A stretch of 64,000 nucleotides of DNA, taken from positions 1,611,514 to 1,675,513 of the forward strand of contig CBDCWA010000004.1 in assembly GCA_965223255.1 (NCBI GenBank). Direction: 5' to 3'. Positions 38,992 through 49,791 of this stretch are shown here, in pieces (position 1 is the first letter of the stretch; every line of letters begins with the position of its first letter). This DNA comes from Hyphomicrobiaceae bacterium (GTDB lineage Bacteria; Pseudomonadota; Alphaproteobacteria; Rhizobiales; Hyphomicrobiaceae). The notes under the pieces were generated by a model. It searched no databases. It worked only from the letters and a program-made list of their open reading frames with translations, and was not told the DNA's origin. The position numbers were made by a program, and so were the translations under genes.

Positions 38992-40602
38992 ATGTTCTCG
39001 CCGCGATTCATCACGTACACATTATCAATTCTCGCAGCGCTTAGTCTGGCATTACTCGTCTGGCAGTTTCCCGATTGGCGAACGATCCTCGCCGCACCGC
39101 TCGCTATAGCAGCATTTCTGGTCATTCTCGGCACTCGCGACAGACTTCAGACCGGCCACTCAATATTACGCAATTATCCGATCGCAGCCCATATCCGCTT
39201 TTTGCTGGAAGAAATCCGGCCCGAGCTCCGGCAATATTTCTTTGAAAGTGAAAAGGACGGCACGCCCTTCAGCCGTGACAAGCGTACGATCGTCTACCAG
39301 CGCGCCAAATCGGCACCCGACAAGCGCCCATTTGGCACACAATACGATGTTTACGAGGAAAAGTTCGAGTGGATCCAGCACTCAATGACGCCCTGTTCGC
39401 CCAAGCCGTCTGAATTCCGAGTGACCATCGGCGGGCCCGATTGCACAAAACCCTACAATGCCTCGATATATAATATTTCAGCACTCAGTTTTGGCTCCAT
39501 ATCCGCCAATGCCGTCCGAGCCTTGAATAAGGGGGCAGCAAACGCAGGCTTCGCTCACGATACCGGTGAAGGTGGCATTACCCATTATCACACGCAGTAT
39601 GGCGGTGACCTTATCTGGGAAATTGGTTCCGGGTATTTTGGGTGTCGCACAGCTGACGGCCAATTTGACCCTGAACAATTCGCAGAGAAGGCAAAACAAT
39701 CCCAAGTTAAAATGATTGAGATCAAATTGAGCCAGGGCGCCAAACCCGGTCATGGTGGCGTTCTACCGGCCGCCAAAGTAACAGCAGAGATCGCGCGCGT
39801 ACGCGGCGTGCCAATCGGCAAAGATTGTATCTCACCGCCCAGGCATCCTGCATTTTCGACACCGATCGAATTAATGCAATTTATTGGCAAACTGCGTCAA
39901 CTCTCCGATGGCAAGCCCATAGGTTTCAAGCTCTGCATCGGTCATTACTGGGAGTTCCTGGCGATCTGCAAAGCCATGCTGGCAACGGAAACCTATCCCG
40001 ATTTCATCGTTATTGACGGCAAGGAAGGCGGCACAGGTGCTGCCCCACTCGAGTTCATGGACCATATCGGCACCCCCCTGCGGGAAGGCCTGCATTTTGC
40101 ACACAATGCGCTGATCGGCATCAATGCACGCGACAGGGTCCGCATCGGCGCAGCCGGAAAAATCGTGACTGCGTTTGATATCGCGCGGGCAATTGCACTA
40201 GGCGCCGACTGGTGCAACTCCGGGCGCGCATTCATGTTCGCGCTCGGCTGCATCCAGTCTCAAAGCTGTCACACCGATCTTTGCCCGGTCGGCGTGGCAA
40301 CACAAAATAGGTCGCGCCAGCAGGCACTCGTTGTTTCCGACAAGTCGGTACGCGTTGCCAATTTCCACTCTGCCACGATGCAAGCCCTCGGCGAGCTTAT
40401 CGGTGCAGCTGGCCTGGAGCATCCCCGTGAGCTGCTTCCGGAGCATTTTTACCACCGCATGACAACGGATAACGTGGCAAGCTTCAAGCAACTCTACCCC
40501 ACATTGGAGCCAGGCGAATTGCTCGCCGGCACCCGCCACGCCGAATACGCCTTAGCCTGGCAACGCGCCAGGGCCGACAGCTTCGCCCCCCAGCCCGCCT
40601 AA
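38992..40602 (+). CDS. FMN-binding glutamate-synthase-domain family protein with N-terminal TM helices
   Basis: GltS FMN-domain blocks (KLSQGAKPGHGG, VIDGKEGGTGAAP); start placed at ATG 38992 (GGAGA RBS); an alternative upstream start at 38956 exists. Confidence 0.75.
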   Translation: MFSPRFITYTLSILAALSLALLVWQFPDWRTILAAPLAIAAFLVILGTRDRLQTGHSILRNYPIAAHIRFLLEEIRPELRQYFFESEKDGTPFSRDKRTIVYQRAKSAPDKRPFGTQYDVYEEKFEWIQHSMTPCSPKPSEFRVTIGGPDCTKPYNASIYNISALSFGSISANAVRALNKGAANAGFAHDTGEGGITHYHTQYGGDLIWEIGSGYFGCRTADGQFDPEQFAEKAKQSQVKMIEIKLSQGAKPGHGGVLPAAKVTAEIARVRGVPIGKDCISPPRHPAFSTPIELMQFIGKLRQLSDGKPIGFKLCIGHYWEFLAICKAMLATETYPDFIVIDGKEGGTGAAPLEFMDHIGTPLREGLHFAHNALIGINARDRVRIGAAGKIVTAFDIARAIALGADWCNSGRAFMFALGCIQSQSCHTDLCPVGVATQNRSRQQALVVSDKSVRVANFHSATMQALGELIGAAGLEHPRELLPEHFYHRMTTDNVASFKQLYPTLEPGELLAGTRHAEYALAWQRARADSFAPQPA

Positions 40603-40710
40603 TCCACAACGAACCGGCAAACAAAATTTTTCATTTGGTATTTGGCTTCTGTGCAGCCCGGCCTATAATCTCGCCAGTACAATTGGACGATTGAGAATGG
40701 GGAGCTGATC

Positions 40711-41592
40711 ATGAGACTGTGCCGTTACGACAATGATAAGTTGGGTGTCATCATCAATGGAAACGTCCATGATGTGACCTCGGCTCAAGACGAAATACGC
40801 GCCAAAGCGCCATATACGATGAAGGGTGATCCGGTTATTGCCGCGCTTCCAGAGTGGCGCAACAAGCTTGAAGAAATTGCAAAGAGCGCACCAGGCAAAC
40901 CCTTGTCGGATGTGAAGTTGCTGCCCCCCGTGGCCCGTCCCAGCAAGGTGATGGCGGCCCCGACCAACTATCAAAAACACATCGAGGAAATGGCGGCGCG
41001 CAGAGCTGACAAGACGCATCAAATGCCAAATACCAGCCCCAAAATTCTTGAAGCGGGCATTTTCCTCAAGGCCAATTCGGCGGTCGTCGGCCCGTCGGAA
41101 GGCATCCCGCTGCGCTTTCCTGAGCGGCGCAATGAACACGAAGCTGAGCTTGTGGTGGTGATTGGCAAGGAAGGAACAAACATCCCTAAGGAAAAAGCGC
41201 TTGAATATGTTGCTGGCTACAGCCTTGGTCTTGATATGACAGCACGCGGCTCCGAGGACCGCTCGTTCCGCAAGTCAATCGATGGTTATGCGCCAATGGG
41301 ACCCTGGTTCGTTACAGCCGACGAAATTGCCGATCCCAATAACATTGACTTCGAGTTGACCGTCAACGGCGAGACCCAGCAAAAGGCAAACACCTCAGAC
41401 CTGATCCTAAACGTGCACCAGCTCATAGAGTTTGCCTCGAAATTCTATACGCTGTATCCAGGCGACGTATATTTTACAGGGACACCTGAGGGCGTCTCAC
41501 CAGTCAAGCCTGGCGATTGGATCAGCCTGACGTCCATCGAGCCACTCGGCGAACTGAAGATACAGTGTCGCGGTCACGGCGACGGTTGGTAG
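40711..41592 (+). CDS. fumarylacetoacetate hydrolase (FAH) family protein
   Basis: E-x-E-L metal-binding pattern HEAELVVVIGKEG, GYSLGLDMTAR, C-terminal FAH fold blocks. Confidence 0.85.
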   Translation: MRLCRYDNDKLGVIINGNVHDVTSAQDEIRAKAPYTMKGDPVIAALPEWRNKLEEIAKSAPGKPLSDVKLLPPVARPSKVMAAPTNYQKHIEEMAARRADKTHQMPNTSPKILEAGIFLKANSAVVGPSEGIPLRFPERRNEHEAELVVVIGKEGTNIPKEKALEYVAGYSLGLDMTARGSEDRSFRKSIDGYAPMGPWFVTADEIADPNNIDFELTVNGETQQKANTSDLILNVHQLIEFASKFYTLYPGDVYFTGTPEGVSPVKPGDWISLTSIEPLGELKIQCRGHGDGW

Positions 41593-41702
41593 ACCACGCC
41601 CTCGACCTCACCTGGCGTGAACGAACACTAGAGCAATATCCGATGTGCGACTTGCGATGCCAGCCCATCAGATCGGATATTGCCGTACCACTATAAAGAG
41701 GC

Positions 41703-42896
41703 CTAGGCCGCCTTTTTCATGGCGACCTCGTCTTGGCAATGGCCGAGTGCGGTCAGTGCAGCTGCCACCGCGTCACCCTTGCAGTCCCAGCTTTCGCACA
41801 ACAAAACCTTTCGTTGCGCACTGGCCTCCACCGGCGCAGTAATAGCGTTCTCAATCGCTTGGGCAAAACTGACCGGCTCATCTGCAATGCTTACAAACCG
41901 CTGCCACGCACCCAATGCCGGAAAATCGGTGGTCACCACTGGGCGCCCGACAGCCAAATACTCTTTGAGCTTGATCGGATTGCACGCCTTGATCCACTCG
42001 CTCTTATTCCAGGGCATTATCAGTACATCCATCGCCGCCATATAAGCTGCAACATCCTGATAAGGCTTGCGCCCGAGGAAATATACATTCTCATGCGGGC
42101 ACCACTTATCAGGTAAAGAACACCCGCCAACCATAACGAAATTCACATCAGGCATGGCGCCGGCAACGTTTAGAAAAAGTTCAGGGTCGAATGTGTGCGC
42201 ATCAATGCCGCCGATAAACCCAACCTTGGGACCAGGGATATGCGCCATATCACGAGGCGGTTCATAGCCAGCTTGAAAGCGCCGATTGCCAGCCTCAACA
42301 AAACGATCCAAATCCACGCCATGCGTAACGAGGAGACTTTTCTTGACCTCACCACGCTCTTCCGCTTCCAGTACCGGGCTTGCATAAATGGCAAGATCCG
42401 CAGCCGACTTAAGCGCTTCGATTTGCGCCGACAGAATCTTTGGGTCGCCTTCCGGAAAACTCTCGAATCGATCGGTCCGCTGCATCACGACGGCGACCGG
42501 ATCGAGCCATTGCTCCAGCCCGGCGCCCGCCGGACAATGAAGCCACAATAACGGCTTGCGTATGCCGAGCCGCCAGGCTGCGATTTTGATTTGTGTGGCA
42601 AGTGCCAATTTCGACAGATCCCCGCCTATGGACCCTGGCGGCACAAGCGGCGAATAGACATGAAATCCCGGAGCGGCCGTCACCAACCCACGTGACAAGC
42701 TTGTCAGCTTGCGGGCAATTTTTGCACCGAATTGCCGATTGTTCTTCAAACTCGGCATGCGCACGCCGATTGAATTTATGAACAAGACCGGCCAGCGGCG
42801 CCCCAACCGCTGCATAATCTGGAAATCAAAATGGCCGCGATTGTGATACCACCAATCTTCCCCGCCCAGGCAAATGATACCGTCGAACGCTTGCAA
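41703..42896 (-). CDS. GT4/GT1-family glycosyltransferase
   Basis: C-terminal GT-B donor-binding region with E-x7-E-like ...KLKEYLAVGRPVVTT. Confidence 0.8.
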   Translation of the reverse strand: MQAFDGIICLGGEDWWYHNRGHFDFQIMQRLGRRWPVLFINSIGVRMPSLKNNRQFGAKIARKLTSLSRGLVTAAPGFHVYSPLVPPGSIGGDLSKLALATQIKIAAWRLGIRKPLLWLHCPAGAGLEQWLDPVAVVMQRTDRFESFPEGDPKILSAQIEALKSAADLAIYASPVLEAEERGEVKKSLLVTHGVDLDRFVEAGNRRFQAGYEPPRDMAHIPGPKVGFIGGIDAHTFDPELFLNVAGAMPDVNFVMVGGCSLPDKWCPHENVYFLGRKPYQDVAAYMAAMDVLIMPWNKSEWIKACNPIKLKEYLAVGRPVVTTDFPALGAWQRFVSIADEPVSFAQAIENAITAPVEASAQRKVLLCESWDCKGDAVAAALTALGHCQDEVAMKKAA

Positions 42897-43118
42897 ATTA
42901 AGAAACCCTTAAAAAAAAAATTACGGCTCAAGCCCCAACGATCGGCGAGGCGATAAGCACCAATGCAACCATTTAAGCCAGCCCAAGGATTAAATTTCTC
43001 TTATCGTTACGCAATTCCAGCCCGTTTGTTCGCAAATAACATCTCTTCAATGCACTTAACCGACGGTTAGTTCAAAAGAATTTATAATGGACCGATTTTA
43101 AAACCTCCGCAGGGCACT

Positions 43119-44117
43119 ATGTCGGGATATTCAAACACCAAACTCACAATCATTATCGTGAGCTACAATACGCGCGACCTCACCATTGCCTGTCTCGACA
43201 GCCTTGCCGATGAGCTGGCCTCCTTGCCGGAAAATTCAGTCGAGGTGATTGTCGTCGATAACGCTTCGAAAGATGGCTCGGCCACTGCGATCGTGGCTCA
43301 CGAGGCCCCCAGCCAGGTTATACCGCTCGCTGATAACATCGGTTTTGCAGCTGCAAACAACCTCGCCGCACAATATGCATCGGGCGAGTATTTGTTGCTG
43401 CTCAATCCAGACACCGTCGTTTTGCCCGGGGCTATTATCAAAGTGTTAAAGACAGCAAGACGCAACCCAAGGAACGGCATCTGGGGTGGGCGCACGTTAT
43501 TTGGCGACAAGAGCCTCAATCCATCGTCCTGCTGGAGTGAGATTACGCTCTGGAATCTGTTCTGCCGTGCGGTTGGCCTGACGGCAGTTTTCAAGAACAC
43601 CGAGACCTTCAATGGCGAAGCTTATGGTGGCTGGACACGCGATAACGTCCGCAATGTCGATATCGTTTCCGGCTGCTTCCTACTCATTACCCGCAGCCTG
43701 TGGCGGCAGCTTAACGGCTTTGATCTGTCGTTTTGGATGTATGGCGAAGACGCAGACCTGTGTCTTCGTGCCAAGCGGCTCGGCTATCAGCCAATGATCG
43801 ATCCCAGCGCCGAGATTATCCACTACGGCGGTGCCTCGGAAAAAACGCGAACCGGCAAGATGATCCGTTTATTGGATGCCAAGGCGAAGCTGATCAGGCA
43901 CCACTGGCACCCGCGGCTCGTACCACTTGGTCTTGCCCTCCTGGCAGCCTGGCCGGCCTCCCGTTTACTGGCCCTTGCAACTCTGGCTTCCGTCTCGAAA
44001 GCGGTCGACGTCAAGACCAGTGCCCAAGCATGGCGTGAAATCTGGGCAACGCGATTACTATGGTGGCACGGTGCAAGCACGGGACGCACAACGTCCTTTG
44101 TGCCCTCACCACACTAG
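43119..44117 (+). CDS. GT2-family glycosyltransferase
   Basis: TIIIVSYNTRDLTIACLDSL, VVDNASKDGS, D-x-D region. Confidence 0.85.
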   Translation: MSGYSNTKLTIIIVSYNTRDLTIACLDSLADELASLPENSVEVIVVDNASKDGSATAIVAHEAPSQVIPLADNIGFAAANNLAAQYASGEYLLLLNPDTVVLPGAIIKVLKTARRNPRNGIWGGRTLFGDKSLNPSSCWSEITLWNLFCRAVGLTAVFKNTETFNGEAYGGWTRDNVRNVDIVSGCFLLITRSLWRQLNGFDLSFWMYGEDADLCLRAKRLGYQPMIDPSAEIIHYGGASEKTRTGKMIRLLDAKAKLIRHHWHPRLVPLGLALLAAWPASRLLALATLASVSKAVDVKTSAQAWREIWATRLLWWHGASTGRTTSFVPSPH

Positions 44118-44147
44118 GGCTGCTGCAATTAGACGAGACCTCTAGAG

Positions 44148-44960
44148 ATGTCCGAGCCAAACACACAAACCAGATCAAGCAGTCGGCCGACCTATAGCAT
44201 CGCAACACTTGTCACCGACTGGGACCAGCACACGGCAATGCGCCAATCATTCGAAGCTGCCGGCTTTACGATTGACGACTGCCAGTATCATTTCGTCGAC
44301 AATACCGGCCAACAGCAGACCTCAGCCTATTCCGGATTGAACCAACTTCTAAATGACGCCGACGGCCGCTTTATCATTCTCTGTCATCAAGACGTCCGCC
44401 TCGAATTCGATGATCGCGCAAAACTGGACAGCTGCTTGGAAGAGTTAGAGCAGCGTGATCCCAATTGGGCCTTGGCTGGCAATGCGGGCGCCACAAAACC
44501 TGGCAACCTGACAATCCGCATTACCGATCCTCATGGCGACGATCAGCGCCGCGGCCATTTTCCGGCACGCGTCATGAGCCTGGATGAGAATTTCATTGTC
44601 ATAAAGCGTCAGGCGCGACTGTCGTTCTCGCGCAATCTGGATGGATTTCACCTCTATGGTGCCGATATTTGCCTGGTTGCAGACGTTCTCGGCTATACCG
44701 CCTATGTCATAGATTTCCATTTGCATCATTTGAGTCCGGGCCGCAAATCGGCTGACTTTTTTCAGAGCAGGGCGGCATTTTCGAAGAAGTGGTCACATGC
44801 GCTCCGCCCGCGCATATTACAAACCACCTGCACATTGATACGTCTCAGCCCTCAGCGGTTCTCGCGCCGTATTTCAGATGCCGCAACGGCGATTGCCGAA
44901 AAGGTTTTGCGTCGCTATCCCCGCCTTGGCAATTTGATCTCGGATCGAAAGGTCATCTAA
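44148..44960 (+). CDS. hypothetical protein in polysaccharide cluster (possible GT-like)
   Basis: Position between GT2 and flippase; no strong motif. Confidence 0.45.
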   Translation: MSEPNTQTRSSSRPTYSIATLVTDWDQHTAMRQSFEAAGFTIDDCQYHFVDNTGQQQTSAYSGLNQLLNDADGRFIILCHQDVRLEFDDRAKLDSCLEELEQRDPNWALAGNAGATKPGNLTIRITDPHGDDQRRGHFPARVMSLDENFIVIKRQARLSFSRNLDGFHLYGADICLVADVLGYTAYVIDFHLHHLSPGRKSADFFQSRAAFSKKWSHALRPRILQTTCTLIRLSPQRFSRRISDAATAIAEKVLRRYPRLGNLISDRKVI

Positions 44961-44963
44961 GAG

Positions 44964-46472
44964 ATGCCGACCCGGACGCAAAATGCGGCCCCCACATCGT
45001 CGAGTGTCATGGGCCAGTCGGCAATCCTATTCACCGGTTATGCGATCATGCAAGGCTGCGCCTTTGCCCGCAACATACTGCTCGCCTACTGGTTGTCCAA
45101 GGGTGATTTCGGCATTACCGCCGCACTCACCCTCGTTTTACAAGTCCTGGAAACACTAAGCGACCTCGGCGCCGATAGGTTGATCGTGCAGGCCAAGGAC
45201 GGTGACGACCCCGACTTGATGGCCAACATTCATACGATCTTGGTCGCCCGTGGTTTGCTAAGCGGCCTGATCATAGTCGCGTTAGCCTGGCCCACGGCGA
45301 TGTTCTTTAACATCGAACACGCGACCTGGGCCTTTGCCGCCGCAGCAATAGTCCCGGTGCTAAAGGGCTTTATGCACATCGACAGCCGGCGCATGCAGCG
45401 GAACTTAAACAATGCCCCGTTTATGGCTGCTGAAGCTCTCCCGCAGGTCATTACGTTGGCCGTCGCCATACCAATCCTTTATTCGTCAGGTGACTACCAC
45501 GCTGCAATCTGGCTTGCCATCGTACAGGCCGTCGTCCTGCTTGCCACCACGCATGGTCTTGCCTATCGCCCCTACAAGCTGGGCATCAATTGGCCCATTT
45601 CTAAACGCATCATCGCATTCGGTTGGCCAATATGGCTCAGCGCAATTCCACTAATGGCTGTCTATTACACCGATCGTGCGATCATTGGCCGACTGTTTGG
45701 GATGGAAGAACTCGCGACATACACCGTCGCGTTCTTGGTAACGATGGTTCCAGCAGTCATTCTGGGTCGCGGCGCAACCGCACTTATTCTACCGATGCTC
45801 TCCCATGCACGCCCGACCATGGCTCTTTATACCCGCCACTACCGTGCCATGTGTGAAATCATAATCGTGCTTGCGAGCCTGTATGCCATGGCGATGATCA
45901 CGATCGGCGACCAACTGATCTCATACGTGTTTGGCCAGCGTTACGCGGGCCTGGCCTCTCTCGTCTCCATCCTAACCATAGTGTGGACGCTACGTATAAT
46001 TCAGTGTGTGCCTGGCACAGCCATGCTGGCTAGCGCTGACACAAAAGCTCTGCTGAAGGCAGGTTCGCTACGCGCTACAGCAATCATCCCCGCGATCTTC
46101 GCGGCCCTTTACCTCGGGTCAGTTGAAGCGGTTGCCATTATGGGCATAGCCGGCGAACTCCTCTCGACCGGTTACGTATCTTGGGCGACCCGCGCCATAA
46201 GCCCGCGCATGTCTAGGATCTTTCTGATGCGATGCCTCTATCTCGCAAGCGTCATAATTGCAGCGCTCGCCATAAAATTGACCTTACCTCCAGACCTGGG
46301 CTTGTTGCCTGCCTTGCTCTTAACAACGCTGACCATTTCGGCGGCATTTGTGCTGGCGATGTTTGTCATGCCGGCCCTGCGGCGTTACCTCGAAGAGGCG
46401 TTCGAAGAAATTCAACTCTTTGGCAGAAAGCGGGGCGCCGGCAGGCAACCGCCGCAGCCCCTTAGCAGTTAG
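44964..46472 (+). CDS. polysaccharide flippase/MOP-superfamily (Wzx-like) membrane protein
   Basis: 502 aa, about 12-14 hydrophobic helices, location in GT cluster. Confidence 0.75.
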   Translation: MPTRTQNAAPTSSSVMGQSAILFTGYAIMQGCAFARNILLAYWLSKGDFGITAALTLVLQVLETLSDLGADRLIVQAKDGDDPDLMANIHTILVARGLLSGLIIVALAWPTAMFFNIEHATWAFAAAAIVPVLKGFMHIDSRRMQRNLNNAPFMAAEALPQVITLAVAIPILYSSGDYHAAIWLAIVQAVVLLATTHGLAYRPYKLGINWPISKRIIAFGWPIWLSAIPLMAVYYTDRAIIGRLFGMEELATYTVAFLVTMVPAVILGRGATALILPMLSHARPTMALYTRHYRAMCEIIIVLASLYAMAMITIGDQLISYVFGQRYAGLASLVSILTIVWTLRIIQCVPGTAMLASADTKALLKAGSLRATAIIPAIFAALYLGSVEAVAIMGIAGELLSTGYVSWATRAISPRMSRIFLMRCLYLASVIIAALAIKLTLPPDLGLLPALLLTTLTISAAFVLAMFVMPALRRYLEEAFEEIQLFGRKRGAGRQPPQPLSS

Positions 46473-46894
46473 TATTCCGAAACGTCCGGATTATCGTTGA
46501 AGAATTTCTTCTTCAAGCGATCCATTTTCAATTGCTTGTGCGCGCGATCAACCAGATGCTCGTAATTGCGCTGCCACTGCATGTTCATCTTAGCGGTCAG
46601 CGACATGCTGCGCATCGAGGCGATGTCAGGGTCCAGTGTACGGCAACGCCGCGCATCTTCCCACAAATCGTCCTTTTTCCACTCGGGCATGCCAATTTCC
46701 TTAATGACATCCCAGAGACTGCGCATGTCCTCATCATCGCTATCGCCGACGAAGCCAGGATAGATCGCATCATCATAAATGCCGACATTCGCAGCCTCCA
46801 TCTGCGCGTCTTCTGCAACTTGTTTCGCAAGATCCCTGGCGGTAAACGGCGAGACAGCAGCTGCGCCAAGGAAGTTGCGGCGATTGAGTGTCAT
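46469..46894 (-). CDS. hypothetical small acidic protein with Tat-like signal (RRNFLGAAA)
   Basis: MTLNRRNFLGAAAVSPF twin-arginine motif; remainder acidic, no family recognised. Confidence 0.45.
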   Translation of the reverse strand: MTLNRRNFLGAAAVSPFTARDLAKQVAEDAQMEAANVGIYDDAIYPGFVGDSDDEDMRSLWDVIKEIGMPEWKKDDLWEDARRCRTLDPDIASMRSMSLTAKMNMQWQRNYEHLVDRAHKQLKMDRLKKKFFNDNPDVSEY

Positions 46895-47232
46895 TTAAAC
46901 CTCCTATGAAAATCAGCCGAAGCCGGACCATTGCCAGCATCATGACTTGAAAACCTTGTTGCTACAATTCACTGGAACGAACTGGATCACACCGCCCGCC
47001 GAGCCCGGGGATCGCCAAACGTCGCTGATCGACGTCTAAAGTTAATCCTGCCTGCGCGCTGCGCACCAGACTTAACTGGTTCGCCCGTGCATCCAATTCC
47101 ATTACCAACGCTTTGCCAATCAATGGCAACTTATAGCAACTGGCAGCCCCAATATTCGATTGAATTAAATGCTTTGCAACCACCCGATACACCCGGTTTT
47201 ATCGCCGCTCATCGCCAGAATAAGGCCATTCT

Positions 47233-48114
47233 TTGACATCTACTATGGCAGCGCCCCAACTAGAAAAGGACAACGCCGTGCCCATTGCAAAGCTACCCAC
47301 CGGGATCGATCTGCATTTCGAGACCACTGGCAATGGAGAGCCCCTGGTATTGATTCCAAGTACAGGCCTTGCCGGCAACATCTGGCACATCTATCAGGTG
47401 CCAGAGCTCGCCAAGCAGTTTCAGGTTATCACCTTCGACCCCCGCGGTTGCGGGCGCACTGCAGCACCCGACAGCCCGTTTACGATCGACCAATTGGCAA
47501 GCGACCTTGCTGCACTCTTGGATCACCTAGACATTCGTGCGGTACATTTGCTCGGCCACTCAATGGGCGGGCGCATTGCCATTGCCTTTGCCCTTGCCTT
47601 TCCGCGCCGCATCAAAAGTCTCATTCTCGCCGCCTCGGGTTCTGGTATTGCTGCCCGCCCCGGCGATGAATGCGTGCCCGGCCTTTCCATTCGCATGATG
47701 ACGCACCTGATTGAAGCGGGCTTCGACAGCTACATCCGCTCCGAATTCACCGAAAAGACAACATATTTCACACAAGCCTACCTCGACAGCCATCCCGACA
47801 AAGTCCAGGAGTTTTTTGACATCGCCTGGCGGCATCACGCCAAATTGCGTCCCTACCTGCGCCTTGTCATCGCCCGCCAAAATTGGGAGGCAACACATCG
47901 GCTAGCTGAAATCTCCGCACCCACGCTGGTTGTGATCGGCGACCATGACGCCGGCGGCTCCAATCACCTCGCCCAAGCTGAGCGCCTGCTGGAAGGCTTA
48001 CCCAACGCAGAACAACTGGTCTTGAAGGATCAGGCCCACGGCTTTTTTTGGCAGGCGCCGGACGACACCAACCGCTGGATAGCGGACTGGGTGAACCGTC
48101 ATGCACAAATTTGA
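47233..48114 (+). CDS. alpha/beta-fold hydrolase
   Basis: GHSMGG nucleophile elbow, HG oxyanion region, C-terminal D/H. Confidence 0.8.
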   Translation: MTSTMAAPQLEKDNAVPIAKLPTGIDLHFETTGNGEPLVLIPSTGLAGNIWHIYQVPELAKQFQVITFDPRGCGRTAAPDSPFTIDQLASDLAALLDHLDIRAVHLLGHSMGGRIAIAFALAFPRRIKSLILAASGSGIAARPGDECVPGLSIRMMTHLIEAGFDSYIRSEFTEKTTYFTQAYLDSHPDKVQEFFDIAWRHHAKLRPYLRLVIARQNWEATHRLAEISAPTLVVIGDHDAGGSNHLAQAERLLEGLPNAEQLVLKDQAHGFFWQAPDDTNRWIADWVNRHAQI

Positions 48115-48311
48115 CATCAAGAACTGAGCCGCACTGCGGTGCGCATTGGCCGCCTATTCAGGCCAGGCGATATTCGATCAGCAGTTAGCCTCTGTGGCTA
48201 TCGCTGTAAGCGCCCGCTTCCGGACAGAACACTTATTGCAAAAGCGCGCACAAGGGCCCGGTCAAGTCTTTGAACAACCCGTTATGTTGAGGCACGACCA
48301 CGTCGCCCCGA

Positions 48312-49586
48312 TCACCATTTCGCTTGAATTTCAGAGCCGAAGACATCACGCCAATGGGCGTCGCCTTCGACATAATTGTCGTGCGGACGAACATTGCGAT
48401 AGGATTCGGGGTCAAGCCCGCGCGGCTTTTCACCTTTTTCCACACTGGCGACAGCCTCCAGCATCAGGCGACGCATGGCAACGATTGCCTTGTCCGATGT
48501 ACCCAGATTCTCGGTCGAGCGATCGACAATCGGCCCGCCCATATTTTCCTGGAGCGCATAGTCCTGCGTGTTAACGCCTGGAATTCCAGAATAGCTCTTC
48601 GTCTTTTGCTCGTGACGATCGATAAAATAGTCGTTGTCACGGTTACTCTTGAGCTTGTACGTGCCCGGCACGAAGTCGGCCCGGCCGCGTCCCATTAGAG
48701 TTTCCCATTCCTCGACGTATTCGGGATCGAGAGGATGCGCCTCATCATAAGCGCACATCAAATTGAAGACATTCGTCGAGTAGTCATCGATGGGCACCCA
48801 GATATGCCCATCCATTTTTGGCGGCTTGGCACGCTTGCCATCGAAGCCCGTCGTTTGCGCCCGAAATTGCTGGTTGGGCATGAAGTATTGATAAACGCGA
48901 ACATAACGCCGGTTTGGACCGACATGTCGCGTCGACACGTAGTAGTAGCCATAGTCCGTGCGTTCTAGATCAATACTGGGAGTGGTATCGATATTGCGGA
49001 CATCGGTTTTAGAATTGATATCGAAGCGGTGCAGGAATGAGGCATGCACGGTATCCAGTCCACCTTCCAGACCTTGCAGATAATTGCAATCCTCATAGGT
49101 CTTGGACACGAAAAAATGTGTTGCCGGCATCCGCATCCATTCGTAGTCAGGGTAAGGCGGCTGCTCGCCAGGATCACCGAGATAGGCGAACACAATCCCC
49201 GCCTTCTCATAGGTCGGATACGCCTTAAGTTTGATCCGATCCTTCATTGTGCTGTCGGCCGGCTCAGACGGAAGGTCAACACAATTGCCTTCGAGATCGA
49301 ATTTCCAACCATGATAGACGCAACGAATGCCGCACGCCTCATTGCGTCCGAAATAGAGCGGCGCATGTCGATGCGGACAATAGGCATCGACGAGCCCGAC
49401 GCGCCCCTCGCTGTCACGAAAGGCGACCAGATCCTCACCCAACATGCGCACCTTGACGGGCGGCCCGTCAGCCTCCTTGACCTCTTCAGAAAGCAGTGCC
49501 GGCTGCCAATACCTGCGAAACAAAGCGCCGCCCGGCGTTCCAGGCCCAACGCGTGTCAAACGTTCGTTGTCCTCCGCTTTCAGCAT
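48312..49586 (-). CDS. Rieske [2Fe-2S] non-heme-iron oxygenase alpha subunit
   Basis: CPHRHAPL...x17...CVYHGW Rieske motif; start set to Met at 49586 with GGGAGGA RBS (upstream 23 aa lack an RBS). Confidence 0.8.
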   Translation of the reverse strand: MLKAEDNERLTRVGPGTPGGALFRRYWQPALLSEEVKEADGPPVKVRMLGEDLVAFRDSEGRVGLVDAYCPHRHAPLYFGRNEACGIRCVYHGWKFDLEGNCVDLPSEPADSTMKDRIKLKAYPTYEKAGIVFAYLGDPGEQPPYPDYEWMRMPATHFFVSKTYEDCNYLQGLEGGLDTVHASFLHRFDINSKTDVRNIDTTPSIDLERTDYGYYYVSTRHVGPNRRYVRVYQYFMPNQQFRAQTTGFDGKRAKPPKMDGHIWVPIDDYSTNVFNLMCAYDEAHPLDPEYVEEWETLMGRGRADFVPGTYKLKSNRDNDYFIDRHEQKTKSYSGIPGVNTQDYALQENMGGPIVDRSTENLGTSDKAIVAMRRLMLEAVASVEKGEKPRGLDPESYRNVRPHDNYVEGDAHWRDVFGSEIQAKW

Positions 49587-49791
49587 TGCCTCATCCTCCC
49601 AAGCAAATCTAAGATCCTGTTGCACCGGCTCCGGCGCCGCGCAGCACACCAACAATAGGCAGTTTTGGGGCTTTCGTCACTACCCGCAGAAACCCTATGT
49701 CGCGCTGTTGAAACCACCCCAATTTTTTCAACCCATTGTGGTAACTGCACCGAAACGAACCGATCCACATTACCCCAATGAAGGATATCCA

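Noticed and set aside
48146-48698. Plus-strand ORFs of 142 and 124 aa
   Set aside because: They lie entirely antisense to the well-supported Rieske oxygenase gene and have no RBS.
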